The notes under the pieces: generated by a model
Told to the model about the DNA's origin: nothing
Databases searched by the model: none
Seen by the model: the letters and a program-made list of their open reading frames with translations, nothing else
Program-made: the position numbers and the translations under genes
Part shown: piece by piece, positions 25,935-37,298 of the stretch
Layout: each line of letters begins with the position of its first letter
Numbering within the stretch: the first letter of the stretch is position 1
Source of the DNA: Paragordius varius
Lineage: Eukaryota > Animalia > Nematomorpha
Length of the DNA stretch: 64,000 nucleotides
Reading direction: 5' to 3'
NCBI GenBank assembly: GCA_964247055.1
Contig: OZ176056.1
Coordinates: 7,068,001-7,132,000 of the forward strand

Positions 25935-26620
25935 TTAACACTTGGATACAACACACTCATTTTAGTCCTTCGATTCAAATTGGGGTAGTTAAATACCCCA
26001 GGCTTGCTTAAAACAAATACTTTGGAAAGAAACGAAGCCACGGCAAAATTTGGCACTTATATAACATTAATAAACCTTAATATATAAAAAAACTTTATTC
26101 AAAAATATTTGATTTTACATATTTAAAGCTAAAACCGAAAGGTGAAAATTTCGTCAATAACATGTGTCAAATGGTAAAATTAGAAAATATAACAAAATAA
26201 ACCGCTTTTCCTATTTCTATCAATGTTAGATGTAATTTATATTAAAAATTAGCTTTAGTTTTACCCTTAAAGAAATAAAGACGATATTTTGCAAAAATTT
26301 TGCAAAATAGGCGTCGAAGTAGTTTGACATGGAACTTTTTTTTCAAAACAAAATTTTATTTAGATATTTTTGCATGTTTATATGATTTTTATTAGGATAG
26401 CGATAGAAGCATTTTAAATTGGGACCGTTTCCTTCTGTCGTTTTTTAAAAATTTAAATATAGTCTGGAGTATTTATATATCCCAATTTGAATCGAAATGT
26501 TAATACCACAATTTCAGTCCTTATATTTAAATTGGGGTAGTTAGATTCCCCAGGCTTGTCTAATTTTAAATATTTTAAAAAATATGGAATAAATTAAAAC
26601 CATGTCAAAATTTTGCTATA
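25935..26620. repeat. Interspersed repeat family C (TTAA-CACTTGGATAC end; piggyBac-like MITE candidate)
   Basis: Reverse-complement matches at ~45290-45660 and ~46570-46650 (GGCGTCGAAGTAGTTTGACATGGAAC; CCTTCGATTCAAATTGGGGTAGTT). Confidence 0.6.
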
Positions 26621-28050
26621 ATAAAAAAATCATTTTTTTAAAGTTAATTTTGTGTTGACTACTCCATATCAATGGTCAAACATACGTATATTTTAATTAG
26701 AAAAAATTTGGCGTAAATTATCTCTAAAGAATATCTTATTTAATACAAAATGATTTCCATAATTACTACTAAGAGATAATCAAGTAATTAGCTACTAATT
26801 TTTAGTAATAGAATTACATAGTAATGACATGTTTATTAATTTCCTAGACTCATCTTACCGCTATAATATGATGAATTTAACCATATGTTGACTGAATAAA
26901 CTAATTTTTATTCTACATTTTCCCAGTCAACATTACTCGTAAATATAGGTCTGATTTCTTTACACTATTATTATAATCTATGATTACAAACACATGGGGA
27001 CAAACAAATATATTACAAATAATGTATTTTATGCGTTATTTCATATTGTTTAACCAACTATTCTGAATGCCATTTTCTGTGCTTTTTCCAATTATAACCA
27101 AATTCTCTATTTATCTTAGAAGCGTTTTCCATTAACTTTCAAAAAAATCACATTTTAGCTTTTACCTATCGCATCCTAACATCGACAAATAATATCGAAT
27201 AAATGGACTTAGAAGATATATTTTAGGATTTAATCAAGAGTTTTAACAGTTTCTAATGATAAGTATCAAAAAACGAACATAAGCTTAAATTAGATTTTAT
27301 ATACGCCACACCCCTTAATTTATAGTGCCCGGGGTTACACACACACACACACTTTAAGACACCCACACTAGGCTCCTGGTATGGAGAATCTGCTAAAGAT
27401 AGAATTGGATTACCCAAAGAACAATTTTGATTATCTGTTAAAATTATTTAGTAATAAAATAAAATTCTGTAATACTTGTGGGAAGCACAACCTATTCTTG
27501 AATGCGGAACAGTTAATTGGATCGGAACAATATTTATTAATCTGGAGTTTCGCTACTAATAAGCAGATTTACTAAATTAATAATCGCTCTAATGATAATA
27601 TTCATTTCTTGATACAACAATTTTATTTGCATATATTACCATTTATTAGAGGCAATTAAATTGGTTATATAATTAATTTTTATCTATTTGCAACATATAT
27701 TTGATTGTGGCATTTATAACTTGTTGTACAAGAAGTGAGCCTTTATATTTTCAATAATTACTTTCTTTCGTATAATAAATTACTTGGCTTTATAAACCAA
27801 TCTGCTTCTCAAATTAAAACCATCAAAAGGTTAGTCGTGTAGTTCCCTAACTGAAAGTGGCATTGATGCTATACTAAACAGCCTCTGGTGTGGAAAATAT
27901 AGGTCCACCTATTTAGCAAGTTATGAATAATTGGCAGCAGCTTAAATATAATTTTTGAGCATTGATTGCAATTCTCAGTTTTCACAAATAAAAGTAGATA
28001 TATATAATTAAAAATTATTATAGATAAAAATTTAAAAATATACAGTTTAG

Positions 28051-28200
28051 ACCAGTGGTACTCACCAAAAAAACAAAAGGCTATAAAAATATTCCGATGT
28101 ATAGCTTGGTATATTTGCAGATAATTAACTCCGAGTAAGTATATCAAAATATAATAAATATTCTAGGGCCATAAAAATCAATTGAGCCGCATGCGGCCCC
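28051..28200. mobile_element. hAT MITE left end
   Basis: CAGTGGTACTCACCAAAAAAA is the reverse complement of the terminus of the hAT at 56051-58510. Confidence 0.55.
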
Positions 28201-28276
28201 AAAATGTTTCTACTAACCACGAAAAGGTTCAATTATAAAATTTTACGAAATCTAAATAAAATTCATTCTGTTAAAC

Positions 28277-31200
28277 TGATAGAAGTAAAGTTATATTACA
28301 CAGAAAACATTTATTTATTACCAAAAATCAAACATGTGTATGTGATAGTATAATACAAGAATTATATACTAACTATTTTGCTTGAAGCTACAATCAACAT
28401 TAACTAGGTGTATCACAAAGAGTTATAAGTGTTCACAATTATATAGGTGCGTTTGTGTCTACGACAGTAGGATTAACTTAACATCTCTCTTTCCCTGCCC
28501 TTGATATCTATGTGGTGGGTGTCGGATTCGTGTAGGGTATCGCCGTTCAGTATGAGTGACAGTGGTAGGTGTTATAGTGGGTGTTTGCTGGGATGGCAAC
28601 TCAATGATGGGTTCCGAGGGCTGGGGTGGAGGTGAAGTCGGGGCTTCGGTCGTGGCAGTACTGTACCTAACATATAGGTCATGCGATGGTGGAGTTTCTT
28701 CGGGCGATATTGTCATTATTCTTTCACCTCCTTCCCTTGGTCTCAGTTGGTCGGCGTGTAATCGGATGATTTCGTTATCATCTTGTATTTCATATGAGTG
28801 TAATCCTAGTCGTTTATTTACAATTCCTTCTCGCCAACCATTCGCTAGTTCATTTTTTATGTATACTTTTTCGTTTTCATGGTATTCGTGATTAGGTTGT
28901 ACATCGTCTAAGAAGTCTGTTTGTTTATATTGTAGCCATGTGATTGGATTATGTAGGGTACGTTTTAGAAAAAGTTGAGCGGGACATGTATTTGTAGCAC
29001 TGTGTATGTTAGGGCGGTATCCCCAAAGCGTATTATTTATTTTTGAATGTGGGTCATCGTCTTCTGCTGACCGATAATGTGTTTTTAGGGTATATACTCG
29101 TTCCACCATTCCGTTAGTTTTTGGATGATAGGGAACTGATGTTACATGTATAATGATTCCCGTTTCCATGACTTTTTTAAACTCCTCAGATGTAACGCGT
29201 TGTCGGTTACTATCATTCTTGGAGATCCATATTGACTAAAACATTCGTCTAGGAAATTTAAGATATTTTGGTCGATATAATTTTCGATAGTTTAACTTCG
29301 ACCCATCGAGAATAACTGTCAATAAGTACTATCCAATAATAATTGTCTATTTGTCTATCGGGCCTGCTATAGCTAGATGTAATCTCTCCCATTTGCTGTA
29401 TTCGTGTTCCAATTGTATGTGGGATTCAGTTTTCGCATCTTGACACTTTTTACACGTATCTACGCACTTTTTTATGTCGCTTTCCTTGTTGTGCCAAAAG
29501 ACTATTTGTTTTGCTTGTTCGTACATTGCTTTGAATCCGGGGTGTCCTACGTGTATTGTAAGATATTTATTTTTTGAGAATCGGGAATTATTAATCAATC
29601 ATGCCAATATAACCCGTATGTATTTTCAATTTCATTTCTAAAACTGTGGAATGGATGTAATATTTTATTGGACCGGTTGTTTGTTCTTAGTGCCCTTATT
29701 ACCTGTTTTAATACGGGGTCGGTTTCTGGCTTCTAATATGGTCACGATTTATATTGAATAGAATACTATTGGCAAATCTTACATATTCTGCTGTTTGAAG
29801 GCTTTCTGTGTCTTGTTGATGTGGTTCTGTCGGCATGCGGGACAATGGATCTGCAATGTTTTCGTGGCTTTTAATGTACCGTAGATTGTAATTAAATTCG
29901 CTAGCTTTATATATCAGTTATGTTTAATAACTTAATTGTTTTTGTTAACTTAACTCAATTGATCTTATATTAGTTACCTTATGAAAATATATTATCCTTT
30001 CCTCTTACCTTTGTGCATAATACACCTTTGTCCTTGTTACGCTAAAAATGTATATTATCTTGGTTGTAAATGCTTTCACCTAAATACTATAATATTGAAC
30101 CTTATGCAAATATATAACTTGGGTGTGAATGCTTTCACCTAAATATTGAAATATTTAACCTTATGCAAAAATGCAACCTCGCTCTAAAACTATATATAAT
30201 GGAATATAATTTTTTATCCTTTTTTCGCTTGTTACAATATCCAACGTAGTAGCTCGGAATTATTTATTTAGTTTAGTTTACGATTATTTTTAAACAGCTT
30301 TATTAGTGGTTTGTGATCAGTACGTAGTTCAAACTTCTTCCCCGTAATAAACGTTCTGAATTTTCAAAAGCGAAAAGTATGGCTTGTGATTCCTCTATCA
30401 CTGAATAATTTTCTTCGGGTTTAGACCAATTTCTAGATGCGTAGGCAATGGGTTTATTTATGCCCTCCTGCGTGGTCTGTAGTAACACTACTCCGTACCC
30501 TTTATTCGAGGCGTCTGTTTCGATTATTATAGGTAACCCAGGGTTGAACGGAGTTAGTTTAACAGTATGACATATTATTTTTTTGGCTCTGTTACAGTCC
30601 TCGTGGTTTTTGGTCCAAATCTAGGGTTTTTTATAACTGCCTAGGTCGTGAAGTATAGCCAAACTTCCATGCAATTTCAGGAATCGTGTGTGAAAATTTA
30701 TTAAGCCTAAGAAGGACTTGAGTGTTGTTTTGTCAGTGGGTCTTGGGAAGTCTTGTATGGCTTTAATTTTATCGGCAGCTGGTGATATGCCGTTTTTTGA
30801 TATAACATATTCCAAATAACTTACAGACGGTTGAAAAAGTTTTAGTTTGCTTTTACTTAATTTTAAACCAGAATCGTCTAAACGCTTAAATACCTTTCTA
30901 AATTTCTTTTGTGTTCGTTTCGTTTTTTTTTCTGTTATTAAAATATCGTCTAAATATACAGCTGTTCCTGGGCAGACACCTAAAATCTTATCAATTAATC
31001 TTTAAAAAATGCCGATGGCGCTTGATAGGCCAAAGGGAAGTCTTTTATATGTAAAATACCCTAGGGGTAGGGTAATTGTTAATAACTTTTGACTTTCTTG
31101 ATCTATTGGCAATTGTAGATATGCGTCTTTCAAATCGATTACCGAAAATGATTCTCCTAATCCTATTTTGGAAACTAATTCGTCAAGTGTCGGTATATTA

Positions 31201-32779
31201 TGACTGTCATCTAGATGTGGATTTATTGTAACACGATAATCTGCTCATAACTTAAAGCACCATTCGCTTTTGTGATCCAAACAATAGGGGTGGCCCAGGT
31301 TAGTTTCTCAGTCGTAGGGTCTAATGGTTTGATTATGTCCGCTTCTAAAAATCTCTTAATTTTAGAGTCGACTTTTTCTTTTAACGGTATCGGGATGCGG
31401 CGACACTTAAATATTTTTGGTTTTGTATTGTTTTTTAAAAAAAGTTTGATAGGGGTTCCAGTGAAAGACCCTAACTTTTCACAAAAAAGTGAATTAAATT
31501 TATTATGAATTTTCCTCAAATATATTAATATTAAAACATCGACAATTTATCAACTGTTTTGCCATTCGGGAATTCTCGTAGCCAATCCCAACCAAGAATT
31601 GCTGGGGCCTTCTTGCCGCTTACAACCATACACGCCAAAGATTTTGTTTCACCATCGCATTGTACCGTGACCATACAACTACCCTTGGAATTGATTCTTT
31701 GTCCGCCATATTTATACAAATCTGGGCCTATTTGTTGCAACTCGGGCTTCTCAATTTCTTCCCACGCTTGACAATCGATTATAGATACGCTTGAACCTGT
31801 GTCTATAATCATGCGTATTGGCTTGCCATTTATTATTATTGTTAACTTGGGGGTAAATTTCGACATGCTGAAAGTTGCTAATCCATTTCTTTTTACAGCA
31901 CGGTTGGAAGTGATTCCAGCCTTGGCATTTATAACATTGTTTGCCCCAAGCTGCGCATCTGCCGGGTGCATGACCTAACCCGCAGAATTGACATTTGTTT
32001 TGGTATTTCCCAGCTGTAGTCTGCAATATCTGGCCATCTAATGTTGTTAGTTGATCTGCTTTTTCATAGTTGAAAGCAATGTCTACCACTTGTTTTAGGG
32101 TCACAGTTTCGTTTCCCCACATGACATCGGGGAATTTAGAAAACAGATCTAGTTCTAATTTTTCCACTCCCAGGCCTGCAATGAACACGTCGCGCATTTT
32201 TTCATTGATGTCAAGCTAGAAGTTATATTTTGCGGCATCGGTTTTGACTCGTAAAAGAAATTCCGTAAATGTTTCCTTTTCTTTCCGACGAAGTTTTACC
32301 AAATTGAATCTGGCCTGGAATATATTTGTCCTATTCGATTCGTAAATTTTCCTGCCGGCTTCAATGATGTCCGGCCAGGAGGTATTATCAAGCGAATTTT
32401 GGGAGGAATTGGTCGAATTTCTTTGTGATCGACATTCCTGCGTAAGCGAGAAATAACGTCTTGCAATTGTTGTCGTTTGCCGACATGTTTTTTGCAGCTA
32501 GCATTCGTTGAATGTATAAAACGTATCGGTCAAAATTTTCCTTTACATCAAAGCTTTCCAGAGAAATTTTTGCCAGGTTCATTACCGCGCCAATGATAGA
32601 AGTAAAGTTATATTATTCAACATTTATAAATACCAAAAATCAAACATATGTGTGTGAAATTATAATACAAGAATTATCAACTAACTATTTTGCTTGAAGC
32701 TACAATTAACATTAACTAGGTGTATCACAAAAAGTTATAAGTGATTACAATTATATAGGTGCGTTTGTCTACGACAGTA
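28277..32779 (-). mobile_element. Degenerate Ty3/gypsy LTR retrotransposon, Mag-type, copy 1
   Basis: 3'LTR 28277-28483 (TG...CA) with adjacent PPT; 5'LTR 32594-32779 truncated; PBS-like TGGCGCGGTA then gag ATG at 32582. Paired zinc knuckles CQFCG..H..RC / CYKCQGWNHF..CC; protease IDTGSS; RT fragments (WATPIV, LPIDQES); RNase H DAS..G..VLL; integrase H2C2, W.RLH...GP, YHPKTNGMVER. Many frameshifts. Confidence 0.92.
29915..30236. mobile_element. 322-bp insertion in gypsy copy 1 with 4-bp TSD (solo-LTR-like)
   Basis: Absent from copy 2 (TTTATATATCCAACG contiguous at ~52336); ATAT at 29911-29914 and 30237-30240; ends ...GTTACA; internal ~59-bp duplication. Confidence 0.7.
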
Positions 32780-32879
32780 ACCAAATTTTGGCAATGAAAG
32801 CAAAAAATATTAAAATAATTAGTATATTTTATAGCTTTATATTTAAAATCTAATATAAAATTTGTTAATGCCCACATAG

Positions 32880-33445
32880 TTTGCGAATGCAGTCCGTCGT
32901 ATTTATCTGCGAAAATGCGGCCCGTGAAGCTATTTATCTTGGACACCCCTGCTCCAAACAATTCCTAAAATATTTTATCTAAATGTATAATAATATCTAT
33001 TATCCATATCAGAACCGCACAAGTTAATCATATGTGTTTGTTTCAAACTAAGGTTTTATTGCGAATATTCTTTATGGTCAAATTCTACACCGAAACCTTT
33101 GAAATCAATATTTTAAATAACTCGAATTTTGCATTTTATATGTTTAATTTTAAAAAGCATGGATGTCCGGAACTAATGGTTTCGTGGTCCGCATTTTGGG
33201 CTCAAATAAACCCGCGAGCCGCATTTGAAACATATAGGGGGATTATAAATAATTTATTCGATTTTAAACATAAGATCGTAAAATGCTAAGACAATATAAT
33301 AATTTATTCTACTTTTTGCCAATTGGATAGATAATTTAAATTGGTTAAGAAAATTATTTTTTATTAAAATTTATGCGAATTATGAATTTTAAATTTTTCA
33401 CAGGCCGCACATAAAGTCTAGGGCCGCGCGTTAAACACCCTTGAT
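32880..33445. mobile_element. Cluster of hAT-MITE right ends
   Basis: GCGGCCCGTGAAGC...GGACACCCCTG (to 32951), CCCGCGAGCCGCATTTGAAAC (~33212-33232), AGGGCCGCGCGTTAAACACCCTTG (to ~33444). Confidence 0.55.
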
Positions 33446-33762
33446 TTAATGATTAATGAACATGAATATTTTTAAATATTTACCGTTTATGTCTCTAAAA
33501 TTAACTATAGGCCTTAATTCTCAAAAAAGTCAAAACTTCCATTTACTCAGATTTGAAATCAAAGCCATAATTTTAATATTTTCACAAATAATGACATCGA
33601 TAATAAATGGTTTATTAATAAAATCACATAAATTTATTGAGCAAATCTTAATTGGGTGAATGCATAGGTTGTCTTTCATTATAAATAGTTATCGTAAATA
33701 TATCACAAAAATTAAAAAGTTTATCGAAATATCTAAATGCATAAAATGAGTAAAAACAACTG

Positions 33763-36309
33763 CTACTTATTCATATCTTGAAAGTAACGGTTTTTATAAT
33801 AAGCTAACTCGCTTCTAAGAACCTCGATTTCTGATTTTAACATTCTAGTTTCCTGGAGCAAATTTTGATTTCGTGTTTCCAAATCCTTTTTCATTTTTAT
33901 TCGTCTTAGTCGACTACTTTGAGCATAATACCGATTTTTGAGCGTTCGCCGTTTCTGTTTAAATATATTGATTTCTTCTCGCGATTTACCGTGTAATCGT
34001 TGATTTAAATCTCTTACAGTTATATTGATGAGCTCTTTATCGGTGATTGCAGGTCCCAGATATTCTGTATTATCCAAACTGCTATTTATACTTTCAGGAT
34101 TAATATTGTATTCTTTGCGGTAATTATTTTCATTATATGTGGCTGTGTAATACATATTCGTACCACCGCCGGCAGAATTATTATTGAATTGGTGAGGGTC
34201 ATTTTTTGATCCCTCGTGATTGATATTTGTTCGAAACAAGCATCGATTTGAAAGGTTATTTATTGAATTATCGGTTGACAATGCAATATTTAGTAAACCA
34301 TATTCGGATGCATGTGGATCAATACTGCTGCCTACCAAATCATGTAATTTTCCAGCAGCGGGTGAATCGTAAAACGATGATGAAAAGGATGAGGAACCGC
34401 CTTCTTCACCGTACTGATTGTAATTATTTGATGGAATATGGTTATCATTGATAATTACATTATGATTATAAAAATGATCTTTTGGAGACGTGATAGCATT
34501 TTCTTCATAATGCTTAGTTTTTTCTGTATCATCTTGCATAATTATTGTTAGAGTTTGGTTCAAGCTTTTTGATCCGACCTTGATACAGTTAACCATATTA
34601 TAGGATGCCAAATTAGTTAACTTATTAATGTTATTATTGTGCGTTGAATTTTCGCTATTATTTTGGAAATATTTGGGATTTATATTATTATTTGTGTTGT
34701 TTTTATTATTATTATTTAAAGATTTTCCAATTTTTTGATTATCTTTTAGGTTGTTCTTAGATGGGGGTATTCTATAATTTTGGAGAAAGAGATCATTTTT
34801 GTATGGATTTTCAGTTTCACTGCTATCCTCAATATCACCACCATCGCCATCAGAAAACATATCATAATTTCTATCGAAATCATTAGAATCCGTGTCTGGA
34901 TGCAAATTTTCGCCTTTATTAATGTTTGTGTGATTGACACTTTTATATTGGTCTATTAGATTACATAGGATGTTTTTTGAAGATATATTAAATGGGGCCG
35001 AATTATCCGAATTCATCATTGGCAATAATTTTTGGTTTATGGATATTGGGAAAGGGTTGTTATTTTCCATTCCTGAGTTTTTACCCAACTCTGACAAGAC
35101 TGTAGCCCTATTTGGAAGATTTAAGGATATATTCGATATGGAATTTGCATCAATATTTGAATCAAAAGTTTCATTATTAGGTACAAAAGGTGTGTATGAA
35201 GGTAATGATAATTCGTCTTGAGATGTGACAGAAACTAGGTTTGAACAAATAAGTTGAGAAGATGAATAAGGTTCGGGATTGTATATTAATGGCATAATCA
35301 CTTTTGAGGAATGTTGTGCCGGTAACCCTAAAAGCATATCTAAATACGGAGATGGTTCTAAGATATTCCAACCCTTAGAACAGTTTTCTGTCGATAAATG
35401 ATTGGAATCATTGTGATTGTTATAAAAACTGTTGTGCGCATGATCACAATCTGTGTTTGCAGGTAATAAATTATTTTTTGGAGATCGTACGCCATCAACC
35501 GCTTCATTGAATAATACTTCGTTTACATGTAATTGTCTTATGGGTTTCCCTCCTTTTTCATAATTATTTTTATCATAAAATTCATTATTCAAAACGCGCT
35601 GAATAATATTAATTTCATTGTTCTCATTAAATACACCGGCTATATTGTCTTCCACAGGTTGAATATGTGATAAATCGGGGCTAAAAAATTGTGGTAAACT
35701 GTGTCCAAATTGTGTCTTTGGAAAAATTAGTGGCCCATTCTCTTCAGGAAAATTATTTTCTTCGTTCATAGGGCAGGATTGATTTGTTATACTTAGCAAT
35801 TGGTTAAACATCTTTTTACATTGATCATCGCTGCTATTTATAGTATGAGTTGTGTTGTTGATTAATGTGTTAGTAGGGTCTGACATGGGCATAAGAAAAT
35901 CACATTGATGTCCTAAAATTTCATCCGATTGTATGAGCGGATTCGCCTCGGAATATTGAATGTCAAGAAAATATGTGTCTGTGTTCATTGAAGAAGTTTT
36001 AGATGAAATCATAGAATTATCCTTAGTTTCAACAGGATCTTTCGTAAGTATGTTGAAAATATCGTTGGAAACGGACAAATTTTCTATGTTGTAAGGGTTG
36101 GTTTTATAGTCTATTTGGGGGGATATGGAAACATCGTAATCGGTTATTTCGGGTACTATATTACATGAATTTGCATTTAATTGATTGATGTTATGAGGTG
36201 ATGCTTCATCCATTGTGTCGTATTCTTCTTCTGGTCTTTCTTGATTATTATCTGCACAAGTATTATTGGCTTTATCGCACATATTATCTACATTTTTACA
36301 TCCATCCAC
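33763..36309 (-). CDS. maf: Maf-family bZIP transcription factor with long Asn/Ser-rich N-terminus
   Basis: C-terminal extended homology region, basic region and zipper: [42 protein letters not shown] heptads. The frame stays open upstream to ~36455, so the true start is unresolved (first in-frame ATG ~36279). Confidence 0.88.
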   Translation of the reverse strand: MDGCKNVDNMCDKANNTCADNNQERPEEEYDTMDEASPHNINQLNANSCNIVPEITDYDVSISPQIDYKTNPYNIENLSVSNDIFNILTKDPVETKDNSMISSKTSSMNTDTYFLDIQYSEANPLIQSDEILGHQCDFLMPMSDPTNTLINNTTHTINSSDDQCKKMFNQLLSITNQSCPMNEENNFPEENGPLIFPKTQFGHSLPQFFSPDLSHIQPVEDNIAGVFNENNEINIIQRVLNNEFYDKNNYEKGGKPIRQLHVNEVLFNEAVDGVRSPKNNLLPANTDCDHAHNSFYNNHNDSNHLSTENCSKGWNILEPSPYLDMLLGLPAQHSSKVIMPLIYNPEPYSSSQLICSNLVSVTSQDELSLPSYTPFVPNNETFDSNIDANSISNISLNLPNRATVLSELGKNSGMENNNPFPISINQKLLPMMNSDNSAPFNISSKNILCNLIDQYKSVNHTNINKGENLHPDTDSNDFDRNYDMFSDGDGGDIEDSSETENPYKNDLFLQNYRIPPSKNNLKDNQKIGKSLNNNNKNNTNNNINPKYFQNNSENSTHNNNINKLTNLASYNMVNCIKVGSKSLNQTLTIIMQDDTEKTKHYEENAITSPKDHFYNHNVIINDNHIPSNNYNQYGEEGGSSSFSSSFYDSPAAGKLHDLVGSSIDPHASEYGLLNIALSTDNSINNLSNRCLFRTNINHEGSKNDPHQFNNNSAGGGTNMYYTATYNENNYRKEYNINPESINSSLDNTEYLGPAITDKELINITVRDLNQRLHGKSREEINIFKQKRRTLKNRYYAQSSRLRRIKMKKDLETRNQNLLQETRMLKSEIEVLRSELAYYKNRYFQDMNK

Positions 36310-36984
36310 AATTTCATTACATGAAGGACTTTGGTTTAATTCTTTAGAATATGATTCGCTATTATTTAGGGATGATTGAATATGATTTACATTTTGATCA
36401 TTTGAAAAGTCACAACAAAAAGAGGATTCTTCGGGCTCTTCTTCTATATTAAGCTTTCAGAAATGAGACTAGGGCTTTTCCATTCTGCTTAAAACACAAA
36501 TAGAATGATTATCAAAACTATCTAAAATATATTTAAAAATAATCCTAATTTATATCGATACATATTATAAAACGTTTTTTTCATGGTGTAAAATGTTTTA
36601 AACTTTGAATGAATTTCATTATTTTATTTTTTATACCTGTTTCTTTACCTAATATCGTCTCAAATAATCGTGATTCGGAGGTGGTAGTATTATTTTATTA
36701 TATCAAAAATAAATAGGCGCCATACTCATTCAATAAGTCACAATCTCCGTTTTCAAACAAATTTTAAAAAATTGGAAGGACAAGAATGTCTCTTCAAATT
36801 AAACATAAAAAACACTCTTCAAACTTTTTGATTGTAAATTAAAATTTTAGGTTAAAACTCTTCACCAAAGATCGACATTATTAAATTGGTAGTTTATCTT
36901 GATGTCATCGAAACGTTATCCACCTTTTTAAAGTTAATTTCCGGCGTTATTAAAAATTTCGAATTTTTAGACTTTGAACGATCA

Positions 36985-37017
<33 letters not shown>

Positions 37018-37099
37018 TTAAAAAAAATCAATTTAATCCCTATAATTTTGCAAAAATTTAATACATAAATAAGCTTACAATTAATAAACAGGCGATGCT

Positions 37100-37298
37100 T
37101 TCAAGCAGTCCAACACAAACGGCTTCGCGGACGGCATTTTCGACTCAGAAAATCCGTAGGACGATGGGCTTTGACAAATGAATAGACTGACTTTTAAGAA
37201 AACAATTTTTCCCAAATTTTGTTGGCATATTTTTGCAAATTATGAATTTCCGAATTTTTTAGCAGGCCATACATATAGCGTGTTGGGTACTCCTGCTT
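37100..37298. mobile_element. hAT-type MITE
   Basis: CAGTCCAACACAAACGGCTTCGCGG ... GTGTTGGGTACTCCTG; same family as 11919. Confidence 0.5.

Noticed and set aside
28556-28891. Plus-strand ORFs over the gypsy elements (also 31272, 31559, 53439, 55034, 55313) and over maf (34227, 34934)
   Set aside because: Antisense shadows of real coding frames; no recognisable motifs.
33032-33659. Short F/I/L/K-rich ORFs here and throughout (e.g. 3507, 20426, 27869, 37742, 40631, 44129, 49216, 56245, 62838)
   Set aside because: Composition reflects AT-rich intronic or repeat DNA; no motifs or splice-phase support.
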